Shown here piece by piece: positions 11,904 through 24,189 of a stretch of DNA of 64,000 bases. Numbering within the stretch: position 1 is the stretch's first letter; each line of letters starts with the position of its first letter. The position numbers and the translations under genes are program-made. Source of the stretch: Guillardia theta CCMP2712 (lineage: Eukaryota; Protista; Cryptophyta). The notes below the pieces were generated by a model. That model worked only from the letters and a program-made list of their open reading frames with translations, ran no database searches and was not told the origin of the DNA. The DNA is taken from assembly GCF_000315625.1 (NCBI RefSeq), contig NW_005434588.1, positions 1 to 64,000 of the forward strand, given 5' to 3'.

Positions 11904-12265
11904 GTGCTCATCACCGACGCCCAGCACCGCGTCGCCCACTTCCTCACCTTCAACCTCAACACCGGGGTGCTGCTCCTCCTCACGCAGGCCGTCTACCGCA
12001 CCCTCGCCGACCCCTACGTCGGGCTGCTGCTCGTCATGCTCGCCCTCCGGACGTTTTCTACAAGCTGCTCCAGCTCGAGGTTGGGCGCTGGTCCGCCGGC
12101 CGCCTCGAGCGCTGCGGCCAGCTCTGGCTCGAGACCCTCCTCATGGCCTTCGACAACGCCGTCCTCGTCTTCACCCACTACGTCGGGTTCCGATGGTCCT
12201 TCCTGTACCCGTTCGACGGGGACGCTTCGTTCGTCGTTATCTATGTTCAGCTGGTTCGTCTGTAG
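11904..12265 (+). pseudogene. GC-rich membrane-protein gene fragment, frameshifted
   Basis: Hydrophobic coding-like sequence switches frame (…GLLLVMLALRT to …LERCGQLWLETLLMAFDNAVLVF); no clear start. Confidence 0.4.
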
Positions 12266-12392
12266 GTTTGTTATTAAAGAATATTGAAAGATCGCGGGGC
12301 TGTAAAGGGTTGGGTTGATGCGGCCTGGGTGGTTGCTTGTTGTGTTGCTGCCGGTCGGATGAATAGCGGTTGATTTCAATCACGCAGCTCTC

Positions 12393-13090
12393 GTGTGTGA
12401 TGACGATTCATACAGTGTGGAATTTGAGGTGCCAGATGACAAGTGTGCTTGCGAGGATGGATACTTCAACCCAAATCCCAAATCAGTCGACAAATGTTAC
12501 AGCTGTATTCTGTACGAGGTCTTCACCCCGGACTATTACAACGAACCGCCATACGACAGCATTGTCAACGGTAACAATCACTACGCCCATGTGCCGTGTG
12601 ACACTGGGCAGTACAGAACCGGAAGTGGTACAAGGTGGTCAGTAGATGTAGGCGCGAACCGAAGGATCCAGCCTGGTTACGGGCCTGGGGTATGCGTCTC
12701 CTGCCCGACCTGCCCAACCGCGTTCCCGTACCCGGTCGAGTACCGGTCAGGCTGCTCGGGGATTGACGCCGGGACCTGCCAGCCCTGCACCACATGCACA
12801 CTGTACGACCCCGAGAAGCAATCGTCCCAGTACCCGCCGGCTGCGGCCAGCTAGACAACCCGGGCACGTGCACCTGGTGCTCGGACAAGGTGCAGCCGCA
12901 GCGATGCGGGTCCGCGGAGTGGCTCAGCGGGTGCGGGGGACATGCCCCGGGGCAGTGCATCGCCTGCAGCTCCGCGACGGGCAAGTTCTGCGCGGAAGGC
13001 AAGTCCCAATGAGGTCAGGATAGGTGGGGGACAACACCCTGTACGCGACCAGCCCAGGGGTGTGCGTGCCCTGCACCGTCGAGATGAAAT
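12393..13090 (+). pseudogene. Cys-rich (CxxC / EGF- or TNFR-like) surface protein fragment with frameshifts and stops
   Basis: CACEDGYF, CVSCPTCP, GCSGIDAGTCQPCTTC, continuing in another frame (PGTCTWCS...PGQCIACS) and interrupted by stops. Confidence 0.55.
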
Positions 13091-13395
13091 GGTAGTACCG
13101 CCATGACTGAGGGCAAGTTCTTCCTCGTTCCTCGTTCCGAATTGCCGCCGGCGCGCTACTAATGTCAACTGTGGCAGTGCGGTTCATAAGGAGGCGACGC
13201 CAGGCAACCCAACTAGGTTCTGAGACAACAATGGTCCTGGTGTGGGTCCACAAGGCCTCGCAGACATGCCGGAGGAGCTTGGCCACTCGCGCGTCTCGTT
13301 GTCATACTCCAATGTCTTCCTCATCGTCTGGCTTCTGCTCATCATCTTACACCAGGTGTCTTCCTGCATATGTTACATGCGATTTTCTAACTTGA

Positions 13396-14999
13396 ATGCT
13401 CAAGTGCATCTCATCAAGATGATTCCTCCAACAAAGGTGATACTTGTGCAGTGATCTTGTTTCATGATGTTTATGACGAGATCAATTACACGGTAGACCT
13501 AGCGCATCATTGTGAAGCATTTGCAAAGGTTGAATTGTCAAAAAGTATCTTGAATGATTGCTTTACAGGCTCGCCCTTCGGCGTATTTTCCACTGTTCAT
13601 TCCGAAGAAGCACAAACTCAAAACGTTGGAAACAGAAAAGTTTGATACGATCTCGGAATTCTGATTCTTGACATTTGTGAGATGCAGTCCAACAGAAATC
13701 AATCAAAAGCAACATAGTTCGTTCTTTCGTAGGCCATTATCAGACGGATTGATTGCATTCTCCTCTGACAAGGTTTCCTGGTGTTTTCTCTCTGCCATAA
13801 TATTGCTGATGAAACACAAGGGCAAGAAATTATTCAAAGATGTACTTCTAAATTCTGCGCTGAGAAAGAAAGGTTTTCATTTCCCTTTCAGTGATCGTCT
13901 TGTGAACTGACGAATGTGGTATGGAAGGCGGTCAGTATGTATTGCCAATTTTGTCAGGTTTTATCTGCAGAGACCATGCGTGTCGAAACGTGAAAGTGTA
14001 TGCTCAGCTTTTGAGATGCAGAAGCATCCTGTATCATGTGGATTAGCATCAATCTCCATTGCGTTGAACACTTTGAAGGTGTGTCCCATTTTTACTGTTG
14101 AAACGTTCTAAATATATTTCTAAACGTGACTTCCCAAATGAATGATAGATTGCAACTTGGAGGGATGCGACGGGGCCGACAGGGCCGACAGATCTCATGT
14201 CAGACGCTTTATTTAGGTCGAGTGATGATCTCAATGACGATTTTCATGCTGTGACTGAAGAAGAGGTGAGGAAATCTGTCAGCAGCAAATATTTTACGCC
14301 GCAATATCACAGGTGAACGGATTTCTGCTTGATGAAGAAGAAAGGACTAGAGCTGCAAGAAATGGGGTAACTCAGAACCTTTCAATCAATACGTTGAAAG
14401 TGAAATTTCAGGTATCCCTTCAAGACGTGGGAAACATTTCGAGGAAAGTACCGCATTTGAAGGTCGAAGTCGTGCATGCACATTCAAAACTTACTCTGGT
14501 AGACATCCAAAATGTTTAGGAAGAAATGTGATTGACTTTCCATCCTAGGATGATTTTAGAAGCAGAATACAAGAATGCATGAAAGAGTCGCTGGAAACAG
14601 AAAACCATTCGAATATGGTGAAGCGGCCGGAAAAAGTTATGATCGTGAATTTTAGTCGATCTGCCCTCCAACAGTCTGGATCTGGACATTTCTCGCCGGT
14701 AGACATTGAGAAAAGAAAATTACTTTTCAGACACTGACTTTACAAACAGATCGCATGTTGGCACGAAGCTGAAGACTTGGTCCTGTTGCTCGATACTGCA
14801 AGATTCAAATATCCTGGTACTGCTGTTTTGCAAGGCTTCGATGTCTGTTTAGTGGATTTCAGCCTTTTGGGTCTCAGTCGTAGATTTGTGGAAAGCTTGT
14901 GCGACATCGGATAGGCAAGTGCTATCTTCCTCGTTGTTTTCTGATACGATAGTCAGCGATAAGACTGATCCGCGTGGGTTCGTGATTCTTTCAAGATAG
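13396..14999 (+). CDS. PCS: Phytochelatin synthase-like protein (papain fold, multi-exon)
   Basis: SFFRRPL...IAFSS..GKKLF, catalytic Cys in QKHPVSCGLASISIALNTL, His in QSGSGHFSP, Asp in VLLLDTARFKYP, terminal PRGFVILS; start approximate. Confidence 0.88.
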
Positions 15000-15254
15000 C
15001 ATAATATTATCGCTCTCCCTTTTAGAACACTTCTACCAGTGTTTGGACTCGTCTTGCTCCGTGTTGAGTGGCACGACCAAAAAAGATCAGGGGTGGGGTG
15101 GGGGTGGAAATTCATTTATGGGTGAGGGTGGGGTGGGGTGGTCTTGAGGCACAAGCAAGGACGGCTTGGCGACGAGAGGATCAACAAGTGGAGGAGTCAG
15201 GGACGAGGTAGAGCGAACAGTCGACTAGAGCGAGGAAGAGTATCTCAAGACACG

Positions 15255-16287
15255 ATGACTCCAGCACAGAGACTCACACATGCATTCCTCGTCATAGAAC
15301 TCTGCGCCATCCCGTTTTCCCTTGCCTCGGGGTCCTCGCGCGTTCCTGAAACGAACTTGCGTCTGAGAGGTGGAAGTGGGACCATGCAATACACCTCTAC
15401 CCAGCCCAAGCAAACACAAGTAGACTCCTTGTTAGAAGGCGAACGGAAGCCGGACCTCAAGAAGACGTCCTCCAGACTTATTCTGGAGGAAATGCAAGTA
15501 TTCAAGTAAAGAGGGGAGCCGGTGAGATAACACTCTTTTACAGAACGTGTCGACTGCAGTAAACCAGACCAAGCCGAAATTGCTATATAGGATTGATGGG
15601 AAAGATGTGAATCTCTTGCCGTGCGGAATTCCTTTTGACGCAGCCACATAGGTGACGGAAGAAGAGTACATGGCCCGAGTCTCCTCCGTCGCAAACCGTG
15701 TAATTGACCCGTGGATTTCTCAAAGTGTAAGATGTAGTGCTGCTGGATCTTTTGCTCCCCAACTATGAAGCAGGACAGGGGAGGCTTCAAGGAAGGAGAC
15801 GTTCTCGTGCCGGATCACTGCTCCTCCATCCCCGAGGCAGTGGCGAGAGTAAGGTGAGTTTTTCTTTCAACAGACTTTGAATTGATAGGGAGTAAATCGC
15901 AGGCATGATGGCACAGTATACATAAGAAAAGGTTTGGCCAAATCACTACCAGGGATGCAGCTGCTCGCTAACCTTTCAGAAGGAACGTACAAATGGGATG
16001 GTGTATTGGTTGTACAGAAGCACATGCACTTAAGGGGGGAACCAAATCCAGATGAAGGAGACGGGTAAGACTTGACGTCTCTTGTGTTCTCATATATGAT
16101 TATTTTACCTTCGGCAGGCAAGGGAGACCGACTCTCGAAGGTAGGTGGTTGCTGGGTGAAAACAGCTCCGGATCCTTTCAACATGTGAACTGTGAGAATT
16201 CTCATATATAGTTCGCATTTTTCACCCTCTGAATTTTCAGGTATTGCACGATTTGATCAGAATAAGAAGGGTCCTGTCGAGGGATAG
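15255..16287 (+). CDS. Signal-peptide protein with LRLRGG motif and a probable beta-helix (pectin-lyase-like) entry motif
   Basis: MTPAQRLTHAFLVIELCAIPFSLASGSS...NLRLRGG; later VLVPDHCSSIPEAVAR; multi-exon; 3' end approximate. Confidence 0.55.
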
Positions 16288-16539
16288 TAGAATAAATGCT
16301 TGGGATTGAATGTCATGCTATTGTGGATTGGACTGATCATCTTTGAAGAAAGGATCAGTACATCTCGAAATGTACTACGAATGATGGAAATGTACTAAAA
16401 CACAATATACTTTCTTGAGCTGCCTTTCGTACACTTCTCATTCTAGAAAACAATTCATGTCAGAATGCATTATACAACATGAGTTATCAAAAAATCTGTA
16501 GGATCTGATACCTGTTGGTTTGAGATGGCATTAGTCTCT

Positions 16540-17718
16540 TTGTCCACAATGGGAACCTGGCTAAGTCTGCGTTGCATGTTTACGCGGGACATGTTTGCGC
16601 TGAATGGCAATCTCCTGGAAGCTTTGTTGGGAGTGACTGGCTTGTAGGGGCTTCAAATGAAGGTCAGGGTGAAGGACACATTATCACAAGATTACTTCAC
16701 AACTCCAAAAGGGTCATTACTTGGTCGACCTCCTGGACAAATCTGCAACAGACGTCAAGACGTATGATGATGTCAAGAAAGGAGAGATTACGAGATCTTC
16801 TTTCCAAAGTCCCTCATAAATATGTCCATCTGACCAGACCATTTTCCCATATCCATGACGAAGATTTTTTTTCAGTTGACCAATGTACCTGTCTCCGTTT
16901 GCATACCATACTGATCCCAAGCCATGCATCTGCAAGTCTAGACAAGTACCGAAGTATCGGTCACCATCGGCATGTAAAACTTTTCTGATTACGATACTTC
17001 CGTTATTGGTCGAAGACATTGATCTCAATGACGGAGAGCGGATTTTGCTTTTTGAGTGAGTGTTGGAATTGATCTTTTCATTTTGCACATTTTCAGACAC
17101 TTCGTTTTTCATAAAGTCATTGGATATCATCTCCACTGCAAACTTGCACTGTGTTGTGAAGCTTTCGAACATACTCGCAATATCGTCGAAGCCTTTCTTT
17201 GACGAGGTTCTGCGCTGATTCAATATTTTCATCATATCGCTCTCGGTTATAAAAGTTTCGGTAAGAACTAATTCCTGGACTGAAGTCCTTTGCTTTTTGC
17301 CCTGCTGCTCTTGATGTGAAATGGAGTTTGTTTGAATGCGACTGGACGCTGAACCAATATTTGGTAACTTGTTCTCCTGATTTTCTACCGAGAGAGAAAG
17401 TGTTGCAGTTTCCCGTTCTCTTTTTCGGTGTAAAGCTGATGGCTTTCCTGGTACATCGCAGGCCTCTTTGCGTAATTGGTGAGGAGGGGAGAGCATTCTC
17501 ATTTCGATTTTTTCCGATTTTGACGTAAAATTGTTGCAAATCGATTCAAGATAAGAAGAATGTGGGAGAATGATATGTTAGGTGTTGTATTGTAGTCTTG
17601 AATGTGAAAACAATATGATATGACCGATTACCTGTTTGAGTAAATGTACCTGTGCTGCATCATACATGCCAATGCTTTTTTAACGGCTGTTTCACCTCGG
17701 AGGGTCCAGGGTGTTCAT
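16540..17718 (-). CDS. MORN-repeat protein
   Basis: DGDRYFG...MHGLGSVWYANGDRYIGQLKKNLRHGYGKMVWSDGHIYEGLWKED in ORF 16717-17502; ends approximate. Confidence 0.8.
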
Positions 17719-17889
17719 ATTACTTTTATTATTAACTGAAAAAGAAAGGCAAACCGGAGCAAGGGAGGACGAGGATAAACCCTACAAACCCGCCTCAATA
17801 AAATACTAGGAAACGAAGGAGGCAGTGAAAATCGCTACTACAACCACGCAAGCGACGGCATGCTGAGCAGGGGAACAAGGATCAGGACT

Positions 17890-18414
17890 GTGACAAAGAG
17901 CACTGTAGATGCAAGGCCGCTGAGGTCGGCCTGCTCAAGGCAGGTCAGCGCCGGGCCGCCCCGCTGGCTCAAGGCAGAGTCAGCGGCCTGCTCAAGCGGC
18001 AGGTCCCGGAACCTGCTCAAGGCAGGTCAACCTGCTGAGTCAAGTTTAGGGTTTAGGGAGGCGAGACTCAGAGCGAGGAAGGAGACGGGGCGTGCCCGTA
18101 CCGAGCTTGAGCTGAGCCGCGGGGACCGTACCGTACGGGCGGCTTGACGCAAGACATCACGGCGAAGAAGCCTCAGTGAGACGGTGCCGCGGTGGCACTG
18201 CCGGCAGGCCGGGCCCCGGGGCCCGGGCCCGCCGGGCGGCGGCGCCCCGGCATGTCGGCCGCTAATGATTGCGCTGACCTCCTTTACTCAAAGTTAAGTT
18301 AAAAATCAGCAAGAGGACAAAATCCTGCCAATTATAAAAACAAAAAGGTGCTCATTTTAAAAAAGGATAATTCTAAATCAAGTCGTACGAAATTTAACTT
18401 AACCTCGAGTAAAG
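17890..18414. repeat. GC-rich palindromic island with CCTGCTCAAG repeats, TTTAGGG x2 and an inverted pair of the CTTTACTC(A/G)A(A/G)GTTAAGTTAAA motif
   Basis: Directly visible. Motif copies at 18282-18309 (+) and 18385-18414 (-). Confidence 0.7.
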
Positions 18415-19584
18415 AGAGGATCGCAACGTTTCGATATCTCGGTAAAAGCCGACGAGCGGCGCGTTCCACACAGCGTACACATGGCGTGCGCAGCCTAGTC
18501 CGACTTCCTTCTCGTGTGCCTCTGCCTCTCCATCTGACTGACAACATAATATCAATTATCATCCTGAGACAGCAAGATTGTGTTACTGAAAGCTTTCCTG
18601 TTGTGTGTTGAACGAGGACAATGATAACGAACACAAATGTATTTGTTCAACTGTACGTATGATTAACATACAGCATCTTTCCATAGTACATGCATATGTT
18701 CAAGAACAGGCAGAGGTGAAGAGGATATTCCAACGGGCTAACGTCACCGTTTCCTGTGCATGTGTCAAGCCAAGCAGATTCCAGTGAGTTCATCTGCGGT
18801 CACCATGGATTGGAGACATGAATCCTGAAGGGGACACAAATATCGTGAGCATTTGCTTGAATTTAGGAAGCTCATTCATAAAAGGTTTCATACTGTACGT
18901 TTCATGCTGTTGATTTCCTGCATTGACAGCATCAGGGCTCTCATCTCTCATGCAATATCCCTGATGCTGGAATCTCATCATTGTGAGTGCAACGCAACCT
19001 TCGCATACGCTAGGGTCATCTGCATTTTAACCTAGATCTTAAAAAAACCCTTTCTCCAGGTTAACTAAACTTGGAAAGACCTCTACCACAGTGAGACTTT
19101 TTGAGTACACAAGAGCTACAAATATATTTTTTTATAAATTAGTAGGATTTTAGCCACTTCGGCCGCTGCATAAAACTACTTTGACGCTACATAAGTAGGG
19201 GTACTCTCCCCCTCCGCGACTGTCAATACGATGGATCGGATATTTCAGATTACCACTGCGGACTCCTCGCAGCCAAGTATCATTCTACTAGTAAAGCATT
19301 ATTAAGTATACAATGTTTTAGCCCCTTTACTAAGAATGTACCCTCCTCTCCATTTCGACAGACGATCTGAGGAGGGGCAGGAGACCAGATGCTCGGAGGG
19401 TAGCAGTGAGGAAAGAACAGAGCAGAGACAGGTTGGGAGAGAATAGGAGAAGAGGGGGGAAGAGAGAAGAGTGAGAGAGGGGGGAGATGGCGAAGAGAGG
19501 AAAGGAGAGGAAAGAAAGGAAGAAGGCCGGAAGAAAGAACTTCAAGTAGGCGACGAATACAATTTTGCTCAACATCGAAATACG

Positions 19585-22500
19585 ATGGAAAGCAATCAGG
19601 TTTCTCCCGAAGTAGGAATGATTGCTGAAGACATCAGCGGCTCTGCTGGCTCGATCCGCGATGAAGACATGGAAGTATCCGTGGCAATCCAATCGGACTC
19701 CACTCCAGTTCTCATCTCCCCTGGGATCAACGACAAGATTTTACTTCCGACTTCGTCCGAATGTATACTCAAATGCCAGGGAACTACATGCAGCGAAGCC
19801 TCGAAAAGAGTGTCATTTTCCAAAAGAGACCATCGCTCGTCCTATTTTCGCAGGACCCCATCTCAGCAGCGATGGCGCTGATTGGGTTTCGGTTCTTGCT
19901 CTTTGCCGGAGGGTTTGCTTGGATTGTTGCAATAGCGCTCAAGGTAAAGGAGGTGCACGGGTCGAGGTATTTCGCGTACCTGATTGAGGAGAGAGTGCGA
20001 CAGTTTTCCATGGCAGACATGACGGAAACAGGAAAGCTAGCATGTGGTTGGGAGTCGTTCTTGGAGGTGTTTTCCAACTTCCTTGTTGGTGTGGTTGCTA
20101 TGGCTGCAGGAATATTGAGTATGGTGAGTGTGAGGCTGGTCAAGCAGGTGAGAAGTTGTGTGGAGAAAGATGTTGATTGCTGAAGTTCTTTGGCTTGCTT
20201 GCAGGTCATCGTGGTGGGTGGACTGATAGATGCGGCTTGCAACTTGTGTGTGTTCATACAGATGATGCTCGCGGTACGCAAAAGGACGGTGATGGGGACG
20301 TCATGGTATGTGTTCTTAATCGCCATGCTCACGGTGAGAAAGAGGCATGCAAGTTGTCAAGCATGTTGATTGAATCTGGTATTGGCAGGACTTGTTGATA
20401 TTTCCCCTGCCTCTGATCCGATGGGAAGCATACACAATTGAGCTGATAGCGGCGGGTTCGCTCATTCGAATCATTAGCATTGCTGCAAGCTCGACAGTAC
20501 CGTACAAGTGCCTTGCTATCTTTGTGTTCTTTTCGACGTTGCTTGGATTGCGAGAGGGGCTTCGGAGAAGGACGAAGAACAAGGCAGCGGGTCTCGGAGA
20601 GCAGTTCGACCAAGAATGGAGGCAGTTGAGAGATCTGGATGCGATACTGAAGCTCAAGGAGGCTGTCAGCCGAGCACAAGTTAGATCAAGAACGACTCAA
20701 GGAGGTGGAGAAGGAGGAGGAGGGGGAGCCTCGTTCACATGGCTCAGACGACAGTCCCTGCTGGCTCCTCTACCATCGACCTCTACGTCTTCGTCACAGC
20801 CGAGCATGATAGTTCAGTACGCGCAGGAGTGTCAGGGCAAGGATCTAGATCAGCTGTATGCCCAGGCGGTACTTGTGTCCCCCTTGTTCTTGAGCAAGGT
20901 ACAGTCGTGGGCGGAGGCGAGCGACGGATATTTTCTCATGAACATCCCGTCGGCAAAGAGGAAGCACTACCTTCGATGGCGAGACTGCAAAGGCGACAGC
21001 TCCAAGCTTTCTCGAATCAAATGGGCGTCCATCAAGAACGCTAACCGAGCCATCGAGAAGATTTTGCTGTTGTGCAATGGCGACACGTCGAAGCTGACGG
21101 ATATCGTGCGGCAGACGATCGTGTTCAAAGAGCTGCGGCAGCTTGTCGAGTGCGTGGAGGTCATCATCAATGACTCGGAAGTGGAGGTGGTGAGGATCAA
21201 GAACCGGCTCGACCCGGACTACGACGCGTCGACGTCGGGAGGCTACAGGGACGTGGGGATAAACTTGCGGGTGATCCACGAGGGGGCGAAGAGGTGGGGG
21301 GTAGCTGGGCACGTCTGCGAGTTGAGACTGACGGTACAGTCGCTTCATTCCCTCATGGACTCACAGAATCATACGCTGCATTTGTCGATGAAGAATGTTC
21401 TTCGTTTCAGGCAATCGCAAGGGGATGAGATAACCATGAAAGAACAGCAAGGAGAGAGAATGCAGGATAGGAGGAGACGGTCGTCGTCGACGTTGGAGAC
21501 ATTGCTTCCTACCCACATGTCAAGCTCCATGGGTTACTCAAAGTCCCTCGCGCAGGAGAAGTCCGACATTGCGCTGCTGATCTACAAGAGCATGTATCCC
21601 GGCAACATTCTGGACAAATACCTGACGTCGTCTGGTCATGGTGTAGCCAAAGCTGACACGACAAGCATTCTGTACTCGTCCCACCCGCTAAAGAATGTCC
21701 TGCACAAGACTCTGTTCCAGCTGCTGCTGCTGCTTGCGGGGATTGGTTTTATCATCCTTTGCAGCAACAACTTTCGTTTAAAATCACTCTTCACAAATCA
21801 CATTGTACCTTTTGGGCACGCAAGGATCACATTTGAAGGGTATGTGGACGCTAACGTCTCTATCAAAGACCGTGGTATGACGATCGAAGACTTCCTTCTT
21901 GTCAAAGATACATGCCACGTGTACAACTGGACTTCATCCGTGACAGTCGCGAACAAGGTCTTCTTTACATTCCCTCATGTGGTCTATCCCAATGGCTTGA
22001 AGTTTAAGCTGACTCCAGCGCTCATCTCGTACCTCAAGACAGATGCGCTCGCTATCGACTATCTGAGCGCGGAGGGCATTGATGACGTGACAGTTGCAAG
22101 AATGGAATGGCAATCAGTCTCTCCTTCTACGGTCAGCTGCAAACGGTTTCCCTCGTTGCCTCTTTGTCATTCAGAATTTTTGCTTCATGCCGACGAATCT
22201 CTTCTTATCGACTTGCGCTTCACCTGGCAAGCAATCTGCATATTCCTCATTGCGGTGTTTCAGATTTTATGCTGTCTAGGAGCCGCATTCTTCGCTCGGC
22301 TCGGAAAGGTTCGGCTTGCAAAGTTCGCGTTTACCTCGGCCTTCCACCTCGTCGGGCTTTGTGAGATCTTCACTGCTTTGTCCCCAGAGTCTCTGTATGG
22401 CAATTGGAAAGACTTTTACATGGCATGGGGAGTCCTCGACGTGTGGGTGGGTCTTGTGGTTCAGTTCCAAGAGCGCTACATGCTCAAGGCCTTCGTCGTC

Positions 22501-23493
22501 TACTGCACGATCACGGCGTTCTTGCCTCCTCTAGCTCAATACAATTGGGATGCGTCCAAGCTCAAGGAGTCAGACATCGGGTTGAGCAGCCTAGTCTTGC
22601 TTGCTCTGGTTATCTTCTTCGTGTTGAACAGAAGGTTCATCGTCTACAAGTCTCGGCGGCAGATCAGAGGAGACCAGAAGATGTACGACGACTGCTGGAA
22701 GGACTTGCTATCCCGGGAGCAAACTGAGCAGCTCTTGAGCTCCCTCAAGATCACCTGCGGATGGGTAAGGCCGCAGCCAGCGCTGCAGTTGAAGATCTTC
22801 GATGCCTTGTGCGAGGTTGAGTCGACGATTCTTGACCCGCTGGAAAGCGTTTTGAGAAGACAAAAGAACAGCAGCTTTGCTCGAACTTACTTGAAGCGTT
22901 CAAAGCTGACGGTCATGAGGCAGGACAGGGAGATTGAGTCCCTCGACCAGCTGTACGCTCAGGCGATTTTGTTAGAGCCCATGTTTTTGAGCAAGGTTCA
23001 GTCATGGGCAGAGGCTAGTGACGGATGCTTTCAGGGGTTGGAAGGAAGCCTCATTCGCTGGAGGGAGTGCGCAGAAGAGGCTGAAAAGGCGTCACAGGTC
23101 AAGTGGGCGTCCATCAAGAACGCTAACCGAGCCATCGAGAAGCTCGTCAGGTCTTACTTTGGGAGAGTCTCGAAGCTCACAGACGTGGTCCGTCAGACGA
23201 TCGTGTTCAAAGAGCTGCGGCAGCTTGTCGAGTGCGTGGAGGTCATCATCAACGACCCGGAAGTGGAGGTGGTGAGGATCAAGAACCGGCTCGACCCGGA
23301 CTACGACGCGTCGACGTCGGGAGGCTACAGGGACGTGGGGATAAACTTGCGGGTGATCCACGAGGGGGCGAAGAGGTGGGGGGTAGCTGGGCACGTCTGC
23401 GAGCTGCAGCTGCTGCTGGAAGAGTTTGTTGCGCTGAAATCAGCGGAGGGGCACAAGAGATACGTGATCTTTAGAAACTCTAGGTGTGAATAG
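19585..23493 (+). CDS. Multipass membrane protein with two RelA/SpoT-like (SYNTH-fold) nucleotidyltransferase domains
   Basis: 1033-aa final exon with two copies of IKNANRAIEK...D(I/V)VRQTIVF...RIKNRLDPDYD...GGYRDV.IN...GHVCEL(R/Q)L. Upstream hydrophobic exons are joined by introns ~20148-20204 and ~20334-20388. Confidence 0.8.
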
Positions 23494-24189
23494 CAACAGA
23501 GAATTGAGGAACAACAGGGAGGGAAGTGAAGGAAAGGATTGAGTCAACGGTAACCTTACGGTGACAATCTCTGCATATGATGTCACGGAATCAGAATAAA
23601 AAATCAGCGAAGAGTGTTTCACATGAGAAACCAAACAGATTCGAAAATCAACCGAATGATACTGTGATCTATTCGATACACTTCCACCTCCTTTCACTAT
23701 ATTCTTCTCTTCCACCTTCTCTCCATCCTCTCCTTTCCTTTTCTACCACCTCGTAGAATTGCTCCTATTTGCCTTTCTCTCTTCTCTAATCCCCTGTCTT
23801 AATTCCCCCACATGTAGACGATGAACCTTCTGTTCAACACGAAGAAGACAACCAGCGCAAGCAGAGATGAACGATGACATGCAGGAAAATCTTCTTCCTT
23901 CCCCTTCCTTTTGGCGTTCAGAATCGCATTTCTTTAAAAGATCAGCAAAACATATTGCAATGGAAAAAGCATTTCAGTAGTCATCAGTCCTCATAGAGAT
24001 TAATCAGAGCTGCTTCGAAAGAAGAAAATAAAACACGAATACTGCAAAAGCTTGGAATGCGGGAGAGTAGGGCTGTTGTTTGTTCTGTCAGTGGCCAAGA
24101 AAATGCTGTTGCTGATGTTTTCTCAAGAAGTTCTTGCAAGTCCAGTTTCATCTCTGCATTGTCCACGAGATCCGATGGTATTCCTGTTT

